Shown here piece after piece: positions 1 through 9,724 of a stretch of DNA of 64,000 nucleotides. Source of the stretch: Spirochaetia bacterium (GTDB lineage Bacteria; Spirochaetota; Spirochaetia; CADAEX01); assembly GCA_963662265.2 (NCBI GenBank), contig CAXXHA010000035.1:1-64000 (forward strand), read 5' to 3'. How positions within the stretch are numbered: the stretch's first letter is position 1; each line of letters begins with the position of its first letter. A program made the position numbers and the translations under genes. Below the pieces are notes generated by a model. The model made no database searches and was not told the origin of the DNA. It was given only the letters and a program-made list of their open reading frames with translations.

Positions 1-65
1 GAGTAATTTTTCTTCTGTTTTTGATGGTTCCGAGGTACTTCTTTTTTCCTGGTTATCCTGTTTTC

Positions 66-971
66 TCAGCCTTCATCAGCATCTTCATCCATGAGAATAA
101 ACGGGTTATAGAGGTATTCAATAGTATTCCTTCTTCCTGGATCTATTGTGTTCCGTCTGCTCTTTCTGTATCTGTGGGGAGTTTCTCCGAAAAAATTTTT
201 AAAGACTTTGTAAAAGTGTCCCTGGCTTTTGAACCCGCAGTCATAGCTTATGTTCTGAATATCATAGCTTGTAAAAACCAGCATATAGGATGCCCACTGC
301 ATGCGTGCCCGGTTGACAATCTGGGAGACAGTATAACCTGTTTTTGTTTTCAGTTTTCTTTCAATATGTTCGAGTGATTTTCCGCAGAGTCTTGCAAATT
401 CTCCTGTACCGTTTCTGAAATTTTCCGGTTTCCTGATTTCCCTGAGCGCGTAATCAAGCCAGTCGTTTTTTTCTGTTGATGGAAGAGATTTACTGTTTTC
501 CAGGTAATCAAGAAGATTTATGAGGAAATGGTCCAGTTCAAAAAGAGACCCGTCAGCTGTTAAAAGCCTGTTGAAGCAGGATTCAAACCATATGGGATTT
601 ACATGGTGTATGTGCCTGAAATCAGCTGCCCTGTCTGTCCATAACCTGCTGATGCCCCTTCCCTTATACCTGTCATGTAGAAAGCTGTATGAATCCTTTT
701 CAAACATAACCTGGATCATTTCAAAATCCTCACTGCAGCTTTCTATACAGTGCTCATCCAGTTCGGGACGGGTAAATATAATATGGTTTTTATCTGCAGT
801 ATGTTTTGTCCCGTTGATTATGCAGCTGCAGTTCCCTTTCTGTATGAAAAAGATTTCCCCGTACTCATGTCTGTGAAGGGGAAGGAAAGGCCTTACTCTT
901 TCCGACTGTCTTTTAAGTACATAGTGTGTATTGCTGCTTTGCCGGATTTCATCTTCCCACCTGAGAATCAT
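66..971 (-). CDS. AraC-family transcriptional regulator (cupin + HTH)
   Basis: N-terminal cupin (LHRHEYGEIFFIQKG); C-terminal AraC signature (IQNISYDCGFKSQGHFYKVFKNFFGETPHRYR); divergent from the 1219 operon. Confidence 0.92.
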   Translation of the reverse strand: MILRWEDEIRQSSNTHYVLKRQSERVRPFLPLHRHEYGEIFFIQKGNCSCIINGTKHTADKNHIIFTRPELDEHCIESCSEDFEMIQVMFEKDSYSFLHDRYKGRGISRLWTDRAADFRHIHHVNPIWFESCFNRLLTADGSLFELDHFLINLLDYLENSKSLPSTEKNDWLDYALREIRKPENFRNGTGEFARLCGKSLEHIERKLKTKTGYTVSQIVNRARMQWASYMLVFTSYDIQNISYDCGFKSQGHFYKVFKNFFGETPHRYRKSRRNTIDPGRRNTIEYLYNPFILMDEDADEG

Positions 972-997
972 ATGGGAATTATATTATAAAAATCCTT

Positions 998-1039
998 AAA
1001 ATCAATATAGCGCAGAAAAAAATCAATATAGAGCAGGAA
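998..1039. promoter_or_regulatory. 21-bp tandem direct repeat, probable AraC-family operator
   Basis: AAAATCAATATAGCGCAGAAA (998-1018) and AAAATCAATATAGAGCAGGAA (1019-1039), 19/21 identical; 21-bp spacing is typical of AraC half-sites. Confidence 0.65.
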
Positions 1040-1218
1040 TCGTTTTGTGAACTGTTTTAGATTGAATCCTGAAGAATATCTGTCTGCTCTTCAGTAAGGA
1101 ATGTTTTCTTTCCAGATGACAGGGATATTTTCTGATAGAAAACATTACCCGGCAGTTTGCCGGTGTATTAATTAAATTGAAGACCTTCCGGGCAAAATAA
1201 TAAAAACGGAGGTTTACC

Positions 1219-2115
1219 ATGAAAAAGGTAGGCGTCATCGGGCTGGGCGATATGGGTATAGGCCTTGCCAAAAATGTAATAAGAGCCGGGTTCCCATGCA
1301 TCGGGCTGGATCTCAGGGATGAAAGGAAAAAAATGCTTGCCCCTCTCGGCGGGAATGCTGCAGGATCAATAGCTGACTTCGCAGACTGCGATGCAGTATT
1401 TATAATGGTTCTTAACGGAACACAGGTGAAAAGTATTGTACTCGGTGAAAACAGCCTTCTTTCCAGGATTAAGAAAGGAGCAACAATAATTGTTTCTGCA
1501 ACAATCAAGCCGGCAGAAATCAGGGCGCTTGCTGAACCTGCTGCAGCTGCAGGCGTCAATCTTATCGACACCCCTGTAAGCGGCGGAAAGAGCGGCGCGG
1601 AAAACGGCACCCTTACAATGATGGCAGCAGCAAAAAAAGATGTCTTTGATGCAAACAAAGATGTCCTCGATGCTGTCGGTAAGGATATTTTCCATGTAGG
1701 TGAGGAAATCGGGCAGGGGCAGACAATCAAGGCTGCTCTGCAGGCTCTTATCGGATCAAGTTTTACAGCAATTTTCGAAGCTCTTGTACTTGGAACCAAG
1801 GCCGGGGCAGATCCTGAAACTCTATACAATGTCTTCTGCTCAAGCGGTGCAGGTTCCGGGCTTCTCAGAAACTGCGGAAGGCTAATCCTTGATAGGAAAT
1901 TCGAAAAAACAGGTTCCCATATCGGAACAATGTATAAAGACCTCGGTATTTCAATGGACCTTGCCAAAGAGGAAGGCTGTGCAATGTTTACAACAGCTGC
2001 TGCATATGAACTTTTCAGATCGGGAAAATCGCTCTTCCCTGATGGGGACAACTGGTCAATCATCAGACTTCTTGAACAGGTTGCAGGTGTTGAAGTAAAA
2101 GGCGATCAGGCGTGA
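1219..2115 (+). CDS. NAD(P)-dependent beta-hydroxyacid dehydrogenase (3-hydroxyisobutyrate DH / LtnD-like)
   Basis: GVIGLGDMG Rossmann motif, DTPVSGG, GQGQTIK catalytic Lys region, TMYKDL; GGAGG RBS. Confidence 0.88.
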   Translation: MKKVGVIGLGDMGIGLAKNVIRAGFPCIGLDLRDERKKMLAPLGGNAAGSIADFADCDAVFIMVLNGTQVKSIVLGENSLLSRIKKGATIIVSATIKPAEIRALAEPAAAAGVNLIDTPVSGGKSGAENGTLTMMAAAKKDVFDANKDVLDAVGKDIFHVGEEIGQGQTIKAALQALIGSSFTAIFEALVLGTKAGADPETLYNVFCSSGAGSGLLRNCGRLILDRKFEKTGSHIGTMYKDLGISMDLAKEEGCAMFTTAAAYELFRSGKSLFPDGDNWSIIRLLEQVAGVEVKGDQA

Positions 2116-2139
2116 GCAGGGAATAAAGGAGGCAGATAA

Positions 2140-3000
2140 ATGAAACTGGCAGTAATATCAGACGGGATAAGCAGGGATCCGGAGGTCGCCTGCAGGGTAG
2201 CTGCGGAATACGGACTTGAATATATTGATTTCCAGTTCCTGGATGACGGTGAAATAGGGGATCAGAGTGATGAATCAGTCCGGAAACTTAAAAAAATACT
2301 CAGGAAATACGGTGTAAAACTTCACTGTCTTACAAGACATAACTTTGCAGGTCTTCCCTGCAAAATGGAATCTGTCGGGTCAGAAGCCTATAAAATTCAT
2401 TTTGAAAAATATAAAAGGTGTTTTGAGATTGCGAATAAACTTGAGGCCCCCCTTGTGAGACTGATGAGCGGCAGGAAAGACATGATACTTTTCGGCAGCA
2501 ACGGAGCTGAACAGTGGGTAACAGCAACTGGCGCATGGGATGCCCAGGTTGAAATTTTCAGAGAGCCTGTTGCTTATGCTGAAAAAATGGGCACAGCAAT
2601 TGTTACAGAGAACTGCAACGGGGGTCAGATTACATCAAACATTCTTGCAGTTAAAATGATTGAAGAACTCGGAAGCGATAATCTCAAGATCCTGTGGGAT
2701 CCATGCAACGCTATGTACTGTACAGAAAAGCCTTACCCTGAAGGATATGAAAGAGGAAAAAAATACTTCGGCCACATTCATATCAAGGATGCGAGAATTG
2801 ATATAGCCGGGGCAAGAGTAGAGTTCTGCTCCCTCGGCCAGGGCGATATGGCTCCTTACCTTTCTGACATCGGAAACGCACTCAGGGCTGATGGGTATGA
2901 CGGTGTTGTTTCTCTCGAAGCAAACTACAGGCCTGATGGCAAGGATTTTATTGACGGATTCAAATCATCAATAGATTATTTCAGGAAAATGTTTGGATAA
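2140..3000 (+). CDS. sugar phosphate isomerase/epimerase (xylose-isomerase-like TIM barrel)
   Basis: Metal-ligand motifs VTEN, WDPCN, HIHIKD, YDGVVSLE; AAGGAGG RBS. Confidence 0.85.
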   Translation: MKLAVISDGISRDPEVACRVAAEYGLEYIDFQFLDDGEIGDQSDESVRKLKKILRKYGVKLHCLTRHNFAGLPCKMESVGSEAYKIHFEKYKRCFEIANKLEAPLVRLMSGRKDMILFGSNGAEQWVTATGAWDAQVEIFREPVAYAEKMGTAIVTENCNGGQITSNILAVKMIEELGSDNLKILWDPCNAMYCTEKPYPEGYERGKKYFGHIHIKDARIDIAGARVEFCSLGQGDMAPYLSDIGNALRADGYDGVVSLEANYRPDGKDFIDGFKSSIDYFRKMFG

Positions 3001-3161
3001 TGGCTGAGGCTCAACTGTATTGAAGGGGTCGGTGTGAAAATTCCTGAAATACCCCTTTTTATAGAGCTGTTATGATTTTATAATAAAAAATATTCCCGGA
3101 CCTGATTTAGTTCAATCCGGGGATATCTTTTCTGAAAAGACTGCAATTGCAAGGACAAATT

Positions 3162-4016
3162 ATGGAGATAATATTTTTAGGAACAGGTGCTGCAGAGGGA
3201 ATTCCGGCTTTCAGGTGTGAATGCTTCACCTGCCGGGAAGCAAGGCTTAAAAAAGGGAAGCACAAGAGGTTTAACAGTTCATTTTATATAAAAGCAGGGG
3301 GAGCATCTGTTCTTGTGGATATGCCTCCACAGATTGCTACCCTGCTTGATTCAAACGGGATTGATGACAATGCCATGGATTCAATCCTGCTGACACATTA
3401 TCATAAGGACCACACAGGAGGTCTTTATCATTTGTTCGGCTCCAGGAAAACCAGCGGCCATGTTGTAAAATCTCCGTTGCCCGTCTATATGCCTGAGGAC
3501 TGCTGTAAAACAGCTTTCAATGAGCGTTATTATCCTGACCAGCCGGATCTGAATATGACAGATTTTTCTGACTATTACAGTATCAACATGCTTAAGCACA
3601 CAGAAAATGTGAAAATAAAGGATCTTGAGATCCTGGCCCTTGATTCGAATCACCTCTCAAATCATTCTGTTATACCATCGAGGAGGGAATGCCACGGCTA
3701 CCTTTTTTCCGCTGACGGGAAAACTCTGGCATATATGGTTGACTCCTCGGCTGATCTTCCATTGTCAACTCTTGAAATTCTTGAAAAAACAAAGCTTGAC
3801 TGCCTGGTCTATGAATGTACATTTGACAGACTCCCTGCCGGTAAATCCGGACATACAGATATTGAAGGGGTCCTCCGTATTAAAAAAAATCTGGATCCTG
3901 AAAGAATGATAATCACTCATATCAGCCACAGAAATTACGGGCATGACAGGCTGAATTCGGTTATGAAAGAGCATGGGATTGAAGTTGCCTGGGACGGCCT
4001 GAGTGTGAATATCTAG
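3162..4016 (+). CDS. PhnP-like metallo-beta-lactamase-fold hydrolase
   Basis: FLGTGAAEGIP..CECFTC, THYHKDH and THISH motifs; ATG at 3162 preferred over TTG at 3147. Confidence 0.85.
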   Translation: MEIIFLGTGAAEGIPAFRCECFTCREARLKKGKHKRFNSSFYIKAGGASVLVDMPPQIATLLDSNGIDDNAMDSILLTHYHKDHTGGLYHLFGSRKTSGHVVKSPLPVYMPEDCCKTAFNERYYPDQPDLNMTDFSDYYSINMLKHTENVKIKDLEILALDSNHLSNHSVIPSRRECHGYLFSADGKTLAYMVDSSADLPLSTLEILEKTKLDCLVYECTFDRLPAGKSGHTDIEGVLRIKKNLDPERMIITHISHRNYGHDRLNSVMKEHGIEVAWDGLSVNI

Positions 4017-4118
4017 CACCTGAATATCTTTGCAAACATGTTGCTCAAGCAATATATGCTGGCAGATCAGTGAGATAAGTATTATGTTTAACTATATCGA
4101 ATAAACAAAGGATCTGAT

Positions 4119-5168
4119 ATGAAAAAAATTGTAACCGGCCTTGCTTCTTTCGGCTTATCCGGCAGAGCCTTCCATTATCCCTTTCTTACTGTAAATGAAA
4201 ATATTGATCTGAAGAAAATTGTAATAAGAAACGCAGAGGAAAAAGAGCTGCCCGATTTTCCTTTTCCAGTTGAAATAGTGCCTGATTTCGGCAGCCTGGT
4301 TGAGGACCCTGAAATAGAGCTTATTGTTGTAAACACACCTGATTATCTTCATTATGAGATGGCTAAAAAAGCCCTTCTTGCAGGAAAGCATGTTGTAATT
4401 GAAAAGCCCTTTACCAAAAGCATTGAAGAGGCTGAGGAGCTTCTTTCAATAGCAGCGGAAAAAGATCTTGTTATTACCCCCTATCAGAACAGGCGTTTTG
4501 ACGGTGATTTCATGACAGTGAAAGAGTTGATAGAATCTGAAAAACTCAAAGATGTAGTTGAATTCCGGTCAACGTTCTCGAAGTTCTCTGTTAATTTCAA
4601 CCGTGAAAAGTGGAGCGAGAGCGGAGAAAAAGGTTCCGGAGCTCTTTTTAATATTGGTCCTCATCTGGTTGACCAGGCAGTCTCTCTTTTCGGAAACCCT
4701 GAATCTGTTTTCTGCATATCCAGGAGAAACCGGCCCGGTACCAGGATAGACGACTTTATTACAATTACCCTTTTTTATGAAAAAATGACAGCTGAGCTCA
4801 GGTGTTCATATGTGGAGAAGATCTTTTCACACAGATTTCACGTCAATGCGCTTAACGGATCATATCTGAAGTTCGGAATAGACCCCCAGGAGGCTCTACT
4901 CAGAAGCGGCGGAATTGTTCTGCCGGAAGGGAAAGACTGGGGAGCCGATAACAGGGAGAACTGGGGAATGCTTGATATTGACGGCAAAGGGGCTGAAAAG
5001 TACAGAACAGTAAATGGCAATTATTCGCACTTTTATGACAACCTGGCAGCTGCTGTAAGAGGGGCGGGTGAAGTCGAGGTGAAGCCTGACCAGGTTGTTG
5101 CAGTTTTAAAAATCCTGAAGCTCTGCGAAGAAAGCGGGAAGAGCGGGAAGAAAGTGGATTTCAGATAA
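4119..5168 (+). CDS. Gfo/Idh/MocA oxidoreductase (YdgJ/IolW-like)
   Basis: FGLSG, VVNTP..H, GKHVVIEKP, YQNRRFDGDF, GPHLVDQA, KFGIDPQE. Confidence 0.9.
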   Translation: MKKIVTGLASFGLSGRAFHYPFLTVNENIDLKKIVIRNAEEKELPDFPFPVEIVPDFGSLVEDPEIELIVVNTPDYLHYEMAKKALLAGKHVVIEKPFTKSIEEAEELLSIAAEKDLVITPYQNRRFDGDFMTVKELIESEKLKDVVEFRSTFSKFSVNFNREKWSESGEKGSGALFNIGPHLVDQAVSLFGNPESVFCISRRNRPGTRIDDFITITLFYEKMTAELRCSYVEKIFSHRFHVNALNGSYLKFGIDPQEALLRSGGIVLPEGKDWGADNRENWGMLDIDGKGAEKYRTVNGNYSHFYDNLAAAVRGAGEVEVKPDQVVAVLKILKLCEESGKSGKKVDFR

Positions 5169-5436
5169 ATCTGCAGCTCTTGAGGATAATTCAGGAAATG
5201 AGCTTTTCGTATTTTTTTAGTCTTTTTAACAAAACTGCTGCGGCATGAATTTGAAGATCGGGTTGTAGGGCAATAACACAGCTCAAATATTTAAAAAAAA
5301 TATTCTCTGAACCTGTCAAAATATATTATACTTTGAACCATGATAATCAGGGAATCCTCAAAGAGAGATTCCTGTGTGCCTGGTGCCGATGAAAAAAGCC
5401 TCAGGGTTTTTAAGGCGCCTGCTAAGGAGCTGTTTA

Positions 5437-6210
5437 ATGAATTTCCTTCATATTGAAAAGAGTGCTCTGATTTCAGGTATTGTAAAGAAAATAATAGAAG
5501 AGAGCGGTAATTCAGTACATAACTGCACTGAGAACAGCAAAGCTGTTGATATATTAATTAACGAAGATATTGATTTCATAATCACGGGGCTTGATAAAGA
5601 AAATCCTGAAGGGGAAGTTTTCCTGCGGGAGATTCATGAAAAAGATTTACCTGTCCGCCCTGTCCTTATTCTTACCGAGGATGATGATCTGGTTCTTGAT
5701 GACAGGCTGTTCTGTTACGGTGTAATTGATATAATAAACAAGAAATATATCAGTGACGAGAATTTTAAAAGTTTTTTTGATGTTTTTCTCAGGGAAGACC
5801 GTCTTCTCAAGGAGCTGAGAAAGTTATCAATTGCTGTTCTTGACGGTAATATCCAGTGTATTAAATGCTATAGGGCAATGTTTGATTTTTACGGTATTGG
5901 AAATGCTGAATATTTTTCTGAGCCGGAGGAGCTTCTTTACAGCAGCAAGTGTCATGATTTTTATATTCTAGACATAACAATGCCGAGGGTTTCCGGCGAA
6001 AAAGTAATTAAAAATATACGGGAAAGAAACAGGGACAGTTTTGTAACTGCTGTTATCTCGGAAAATAATAACAGGGTGATAAATAATATTGTTGTTGCAG
6101 GTGCTGATAACTTTATTTCAAAGCCTTTTACAGCAAATGTATTCATGTCCCGGATGAAGGCAGATGTCAGGCACTTCATGAAAATCAGGAAACTTCAGGA
6201 TAAAAGCTGA
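5437..6210 (+). CDS. tandem receiver-domain protein (REC-REC) with no output domain
   Basis: Two CheY-like domains: DFIITG.. (degenerate) and DFYILDITMPRVSG..GADNFISKPF; AAGGAG RBS before ATG 5437. Confidence 0.75.
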   Translation: MNFLHIEKSALISGIVKKIIEESGNSVHNCTENSKAVDILINEDIDFIITGLDKENPEGEVFLREIHEKDLPVRPVLILTEDDDLVLDDRLFCYGVIDIINKKYISDENFKSFFDVFLREDRLLKELRKLSIAVLDGNIQCIKCYRAMFDFYGIGNAEYFSEPEELLYSSKCHDFYILDITMPRVSGEKVIKNIRERNRDSFVTAVISENNNRVINNIVVAGADNFISKPFTANVFMSRMKADVRHFMKIRKLQDKS

Positions 6211-6270
6211 GCTGTCTAACGATGTGTTATAATCATTTTATATAAAAGCTCAGCAGGCGCAGATTTATAC

Positions 6271-7548
6271 ATGGGTAAAAAAACATTTAAAGAAATACAG
6301 GGGATACTGTATTGTCATATTATTAAAATTCTCGTTTTCAGCAGAAATGTGCTTATTCATTTTTATAAGGACAGATGTCTTATAAGGGCTTCCGGCATGG
6401 CATATTCCTCACTTCTTGCCCTTGTCCCGCTTAGTGCCCTTGTTTTTTCACTGCTCACAGCATTCGGAGCTTTTGACAAATTAAAAGAAACAATACAGGT
6501 AATTATCTTTCAGCAGCTGCTTCCGACAAGACAGAATGATATAATACAGTATATTAATATATTCATAGAAAACACAAAAGCTCTCGGAGTTGTAGGGCTT
6601 CTGCTTTTTACAATTACATCTGTTTTCCTGATATCCAATATACAGGGGAATTTCAATGATATATGGAAAGTCAGGAAAAAAAGAAATTTTTTCAGCCAGT
6701 TTGCTGTCTATATTTCTGTAATCATACTGAGTACGCTCCTGATAGGTTCAGGATTTGCAATAACCGGCTGGATTAAAAGCAGGGCGGCAGATATATCTTT
6801 TCTCAGAATAAACCAGGCAATACAGTTTCTTATAACTTTTTCTCCCAAGGTGCTTTTTTCTTTTACACTGTTTATCATTATACTTGCTGTTCCCTCTGTT
6901 CGTGTAAAAATTACCGGGGCTTTTGCCGGTGCTGTTTTCGGCGGACTTCTGATGTGGGGAGTAAAAAAGCTTTTCGCCACATGGTCTGCTACAGCTATCA
7001 GTTACTCGCTTATTTACGGATCTATTGCCCTTATTCCGATTTTCCTCATATGGCTTTATATAATCTGGCTTGTCATTCTGCTGAGTGTTGAAATATCATA
7101 TGTCTGGCAGAACAATGGTGCTGATATTGATTCATATGATGATTCTATGATGTTTAACAGGTTCAGATCTGCTTTTGAGACCTATCTTATGATTTCGGAA
7201 AGATACATGGAAAACAGCGGGGGAATTACTGCTGATGAATTATCAGAGGCAGGAGAAACTGACGGGATAGATATTCAGCTGCTTAATATACTGGAACAGT
7301 CAGGACTTGTTTACAGGGTTGAAAACGGCAGTGTGTTTTATGTCCCCTCTTCTCCTCCCCATACTACTGAAACAGAATCTGTAATAAGAAAAATTACAGG
7401 TTATTCAGAAACAGGTGAGAGCCGGTACAGTGTTTTTTACAATAAATTGGCAGAAGCGGTCCATTCGGATTTTTATGAAAAAAAATATAAATATATAAGC
7501 GGGCTTCTTTATATGAATGCGGCAGGCACAGAAAAGGAAGAGGAATAA
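6271..7548 (+). CDS. YihY/BrkB-family membrane protein with C-terminal extension
   Basis: ASGMAYSSLLALVPL, FNDIW, YSLIYGSIALIPIFLIWLYIIW. Confidence 0.88.
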   Translation: MGKKTFKEIQGILYCHIIKILVFSRNVLIHFYKDRCLIRASGMAYSSLLALVPLSALVFSLLTAFGAFDKLKETIQVIIFQQLLPTRQNDIIQYINIFIENTKALGVVGLLLFTITSVFLISNIQGNFNDIWKVRKKRNFFSQFAVYISVIILSTLLIGSGFAITGWIKSRAADISFLRINQAIQFLITFSPKVLFSFTLFIIILAVPSVRVKITGAFAGAVFGGLLMWGVKKLFATWSATAISYSLIYGSIALIPIFLIWLYIIWLVILLSVEISYVWQNNGADIDSYDDSMMFNRFRSAFETYLMISERYMENSGGITADELSEAGETDGIDIQLLNILEQSGLVYRVENGSVFYVPSSPPHTTETESVIRKITGYSETGESRYSVFYNKLAEAVHSDFYEKKYKYISGLLYMNAAGTEKEEE

Positions 7549-7552
7549 TACA

Positions 7553-8443
7553 GTGGATCTGATAAAGCTGAAATCATTTATAACAGTAGCAAGGCTGAAG
7601 AATTTCAGGAAAGCATCTGAAGAGCTTTATTTTTCACAGCCTGCAATAAGCGCCCAGATAAAGGAACTTGAAAATTACTACAATGTGGAACTTTTTGAGA
7701 GGATTGGTAAAAAGATAAAACTTACAGAAGCAGGGGAGCTTCTTCTTCCCTATGCAGAGGACCTTGTTACAAAGTTTGAAGAGTCCCGGTATTATGTCCA
7801 GAATGCATTTCAGAAAAGCAAGGGACGGATAAAACTGGGAACAAGCGTTCTTCCGGGAGTTTATTATCTTCCATCTGTCCTTGCAGAATTCAGATCAGAT
7901 TTTCCCGATATAAAAATTGATCTTCAGGTCAATTATTCATCTGAAATAGAGAAAGCTGTACTGGACAATATACTTCATGTCGGAATCGTGGGATCGCCAG
8001 AAGGGGTTGTTTTTAACAGCAATCTTGAAAATATTATTCTGCTTAAGGATCAGCTTGTCGCATGTATCGGGCAGAATCACAGGTTTTACAATGCCGAGTC
8101 TGTGGCAATCGAGGATATTGCTGAAGAGAGCCTTATTCTTCCCGGAAAAAACACTTTTACCCGTAAGGTCCTCGAAGATGAGGTAAAAAGGAAGGGGCTT
8201 AAACTTAATATTGAATATGAAATTGCCAATAACGAAATGATAAAAAAAATGGTTGGCAACAGCCTCGGTATTTCTGTTCTCTGTTCGTCAATGATTGAAG
8301 AGGGGAAGGAGGTCAGAGCTGTTCCCATAAAAGATCTGAAATCTCACCGCCATATTGATCTTATTTACAGAAAAGACAGGAAATTGTCTCCCCCTCTTCA
8401 GAGTTTTATTAATTTTACTATTCAGGCTTCCAGAAATTCCTGA
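7553..8443 (+). CDS. LysR-family transcriptional regulator (CysL/CmpR-like)
   Basis: NFRKASEELYFSQPAISAQIKELE..LFER..LTEAG HTH; GTG start at 7553 after an AGGA-type RBS. Confidence 0.93.
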   Translation: MDLIKLKSFITVARLKNFRKASEELYFSQPAISAQIKELENYYNVELFERIGKKIKLTEAGELLLPYAEDLVTKFEESRYYVQNAFQKSKGRIKLGTSVLPGVYYLPSVLAEFRSDFPDIKIDLQVNYSSEIEKAVLDNILHVGIVGSPEGVVFNSNLENIILLKDQLVACIGQNHRFYNAESVAIEDIAEESLILPGKNTFTRKVLEDEVKRKGLKLNIEYEIANNEMIKKMVGNSLGISVLCSSMIEEGKEVRAVPIKDLKSHRHIDLIYRKDRKLSPPLQSFINFTIQASRNS

Positions 8444-9504
8444 ATAACAGGCTGAAGTTTCTTCCTGGAATATGCCGCGTTTTTCTGGGCAAAAATATCC
8501 ATCCTGTTTATGTCCGGATTCTCAATTCCTCTTATTGCTTCAAGCTGAAGATCATTTTCCTGCATACAGTCAATCAGCTGTTTTCTTAAAGCCCCGTCAT
8601 CTGAAAACAGCATAAGCTCTCTTGTAAATTCCGGTTCAGTGTATGCAATCATGATAAAGAGAATATCGAGATTCCTGTCTCTGCAGTAGTCTGCTGTGTT
8701 TTCAGAGATTTTATCATCTTTTGCAAGCCATTTAGCTGAAGGAAGGAGCGCTGAACTGAATCCGCATTTTTCCCCCCCCATATTCCATTCTTTATAGTCC
8801 TTTCTGAGAAGATCAATTGTAGAAAGGGATGATGTATTGAATTTTTCAAACTGGAGTTTTTCAAAGAGTTTTTCCCTGTCAAGATTGAAAGTCTCCAGAA
8901 GATATTCTGTAACTTTCATATCTTTGTCTGTTGTTCTTTTTGCATCAGGGTTGAAATTGACTGTATCGAGAAGAACAGTACCTGCCATCAGTTTTGCAGT
9001 GCTTTCGTCAAAAAGTGATTTATTGTTTTCAAGTATTTTTTCAGAAACAAGGGTTGCTGCTGAACCTACCGGTTCAATTACAGTTATTGAACTGTCATAT
9101 ATCCCCTCGTCTTTGTGATGGTCAATGACTTCTATCACTTTGTCTGAATAACTGCTTAACCCTGCGGATATCCTGTTGTGGTCCACAAGTATAAGGCACA
9201 ACTTTCCTGATTTATCAATTTCATCAATATTTATTTCATCATTGAAAATCAGGTTTTCCGAATCTATTCCTGCCTCGGAAAAAAGGTATACCGCCTCTGT
9301 TCTGAGTTTGAAATCCTTTTTGGGTATATTAATAAGCGGGAGATATATACTTTTGTCATCTTTATTCTGTGACTGAAGATAATATGCATAAACAACAGAC
9401 GAAGCCATTGAATCAAGATCTGCTGCTTCGTTTCCCATTACGATACATACTTTATCCTTTTTATTAAGACTGAATTTTGAATCAAATAAAAAATGGTTTA
9501 ACAT
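8422..9504 (-). CDS. DHH/DHHA2 phosphoesterase of Prune/PPX1 exopolyphosphatase type
   Basis: GNEAADLDS, LVDHN, IDHH, GSAATLV, LLDT, LRKDYK, SRKK; GGAGG RBS before ATG 9504. Confidence 0.8.
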   Translation of the reverse strand: MLNHFLFDSKFSLNKKDKVCIVMGNEAADLDSMASSVVYAYYLQSQNKDDKSIYLPLINIPKKDFKLRTEAVYLFSEAGIDSENLIFNDEINIDEIDKSGKLCLILVDHNRISAGLSSYSDKVIEVIDHHKDEGIYDSSITVIEPVGSAATLVSEKILENNKSLFDESTAKLMAGTVLLDTVNFNPDAKRTTDKDMKVTEYLLETFNLDREKLFEKLQFEKFNTSSLSTIDLLRKDYKEWNMGGEKCGFSSALLPSAKWLAKDDKISENTADYCRDRNLDILFIMIAYTEPEFTRELMLFSDDGALRKQLIDCMQENDLQLEAIRGIENPDINRMDIFAQKNAAYSRKKLQPVIQEFLEA

Positions 9505-9585
9505 TTTGTCCTCCATAAATAATAAGGATATCCCAACTGTGAAAAAAATCAATAAATAGATCAGGAATTATCGATTCAAATTTGC

Positions 9586-9598
9586 TATCAGCCTGATA
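9586..9598. promoter_or_regulatory. candidate LysR box (T-N11-A palindrome)
   Basis: TATCAG-C-CTGATA in the divergent intergenic region between the DHH phosphatase and the CYTH-tct operon. Confidence 0.5.
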
Positions 9599-9724
9599 AC
9601 TTATTTGAATTGGAAATTATATCTGTTTCCCCAGTATACTTTGTTTACAAAGAAACCCGCGTAATGAAATCTGTGAAATGATTCATGACCAGCGAAATAA
9701 GTAAAGGAAAACGGAGGTACGACT

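Noticed and set aside
1023-2063. 346-aa minus-strand ORF, and similar long antisense ORFs (10663-11368, 41126-41674, 54300-54881, 61726-62280, 63313-63891)
   Set aside because: Shadow frames opposite well-supported genes; no motifs or RBS
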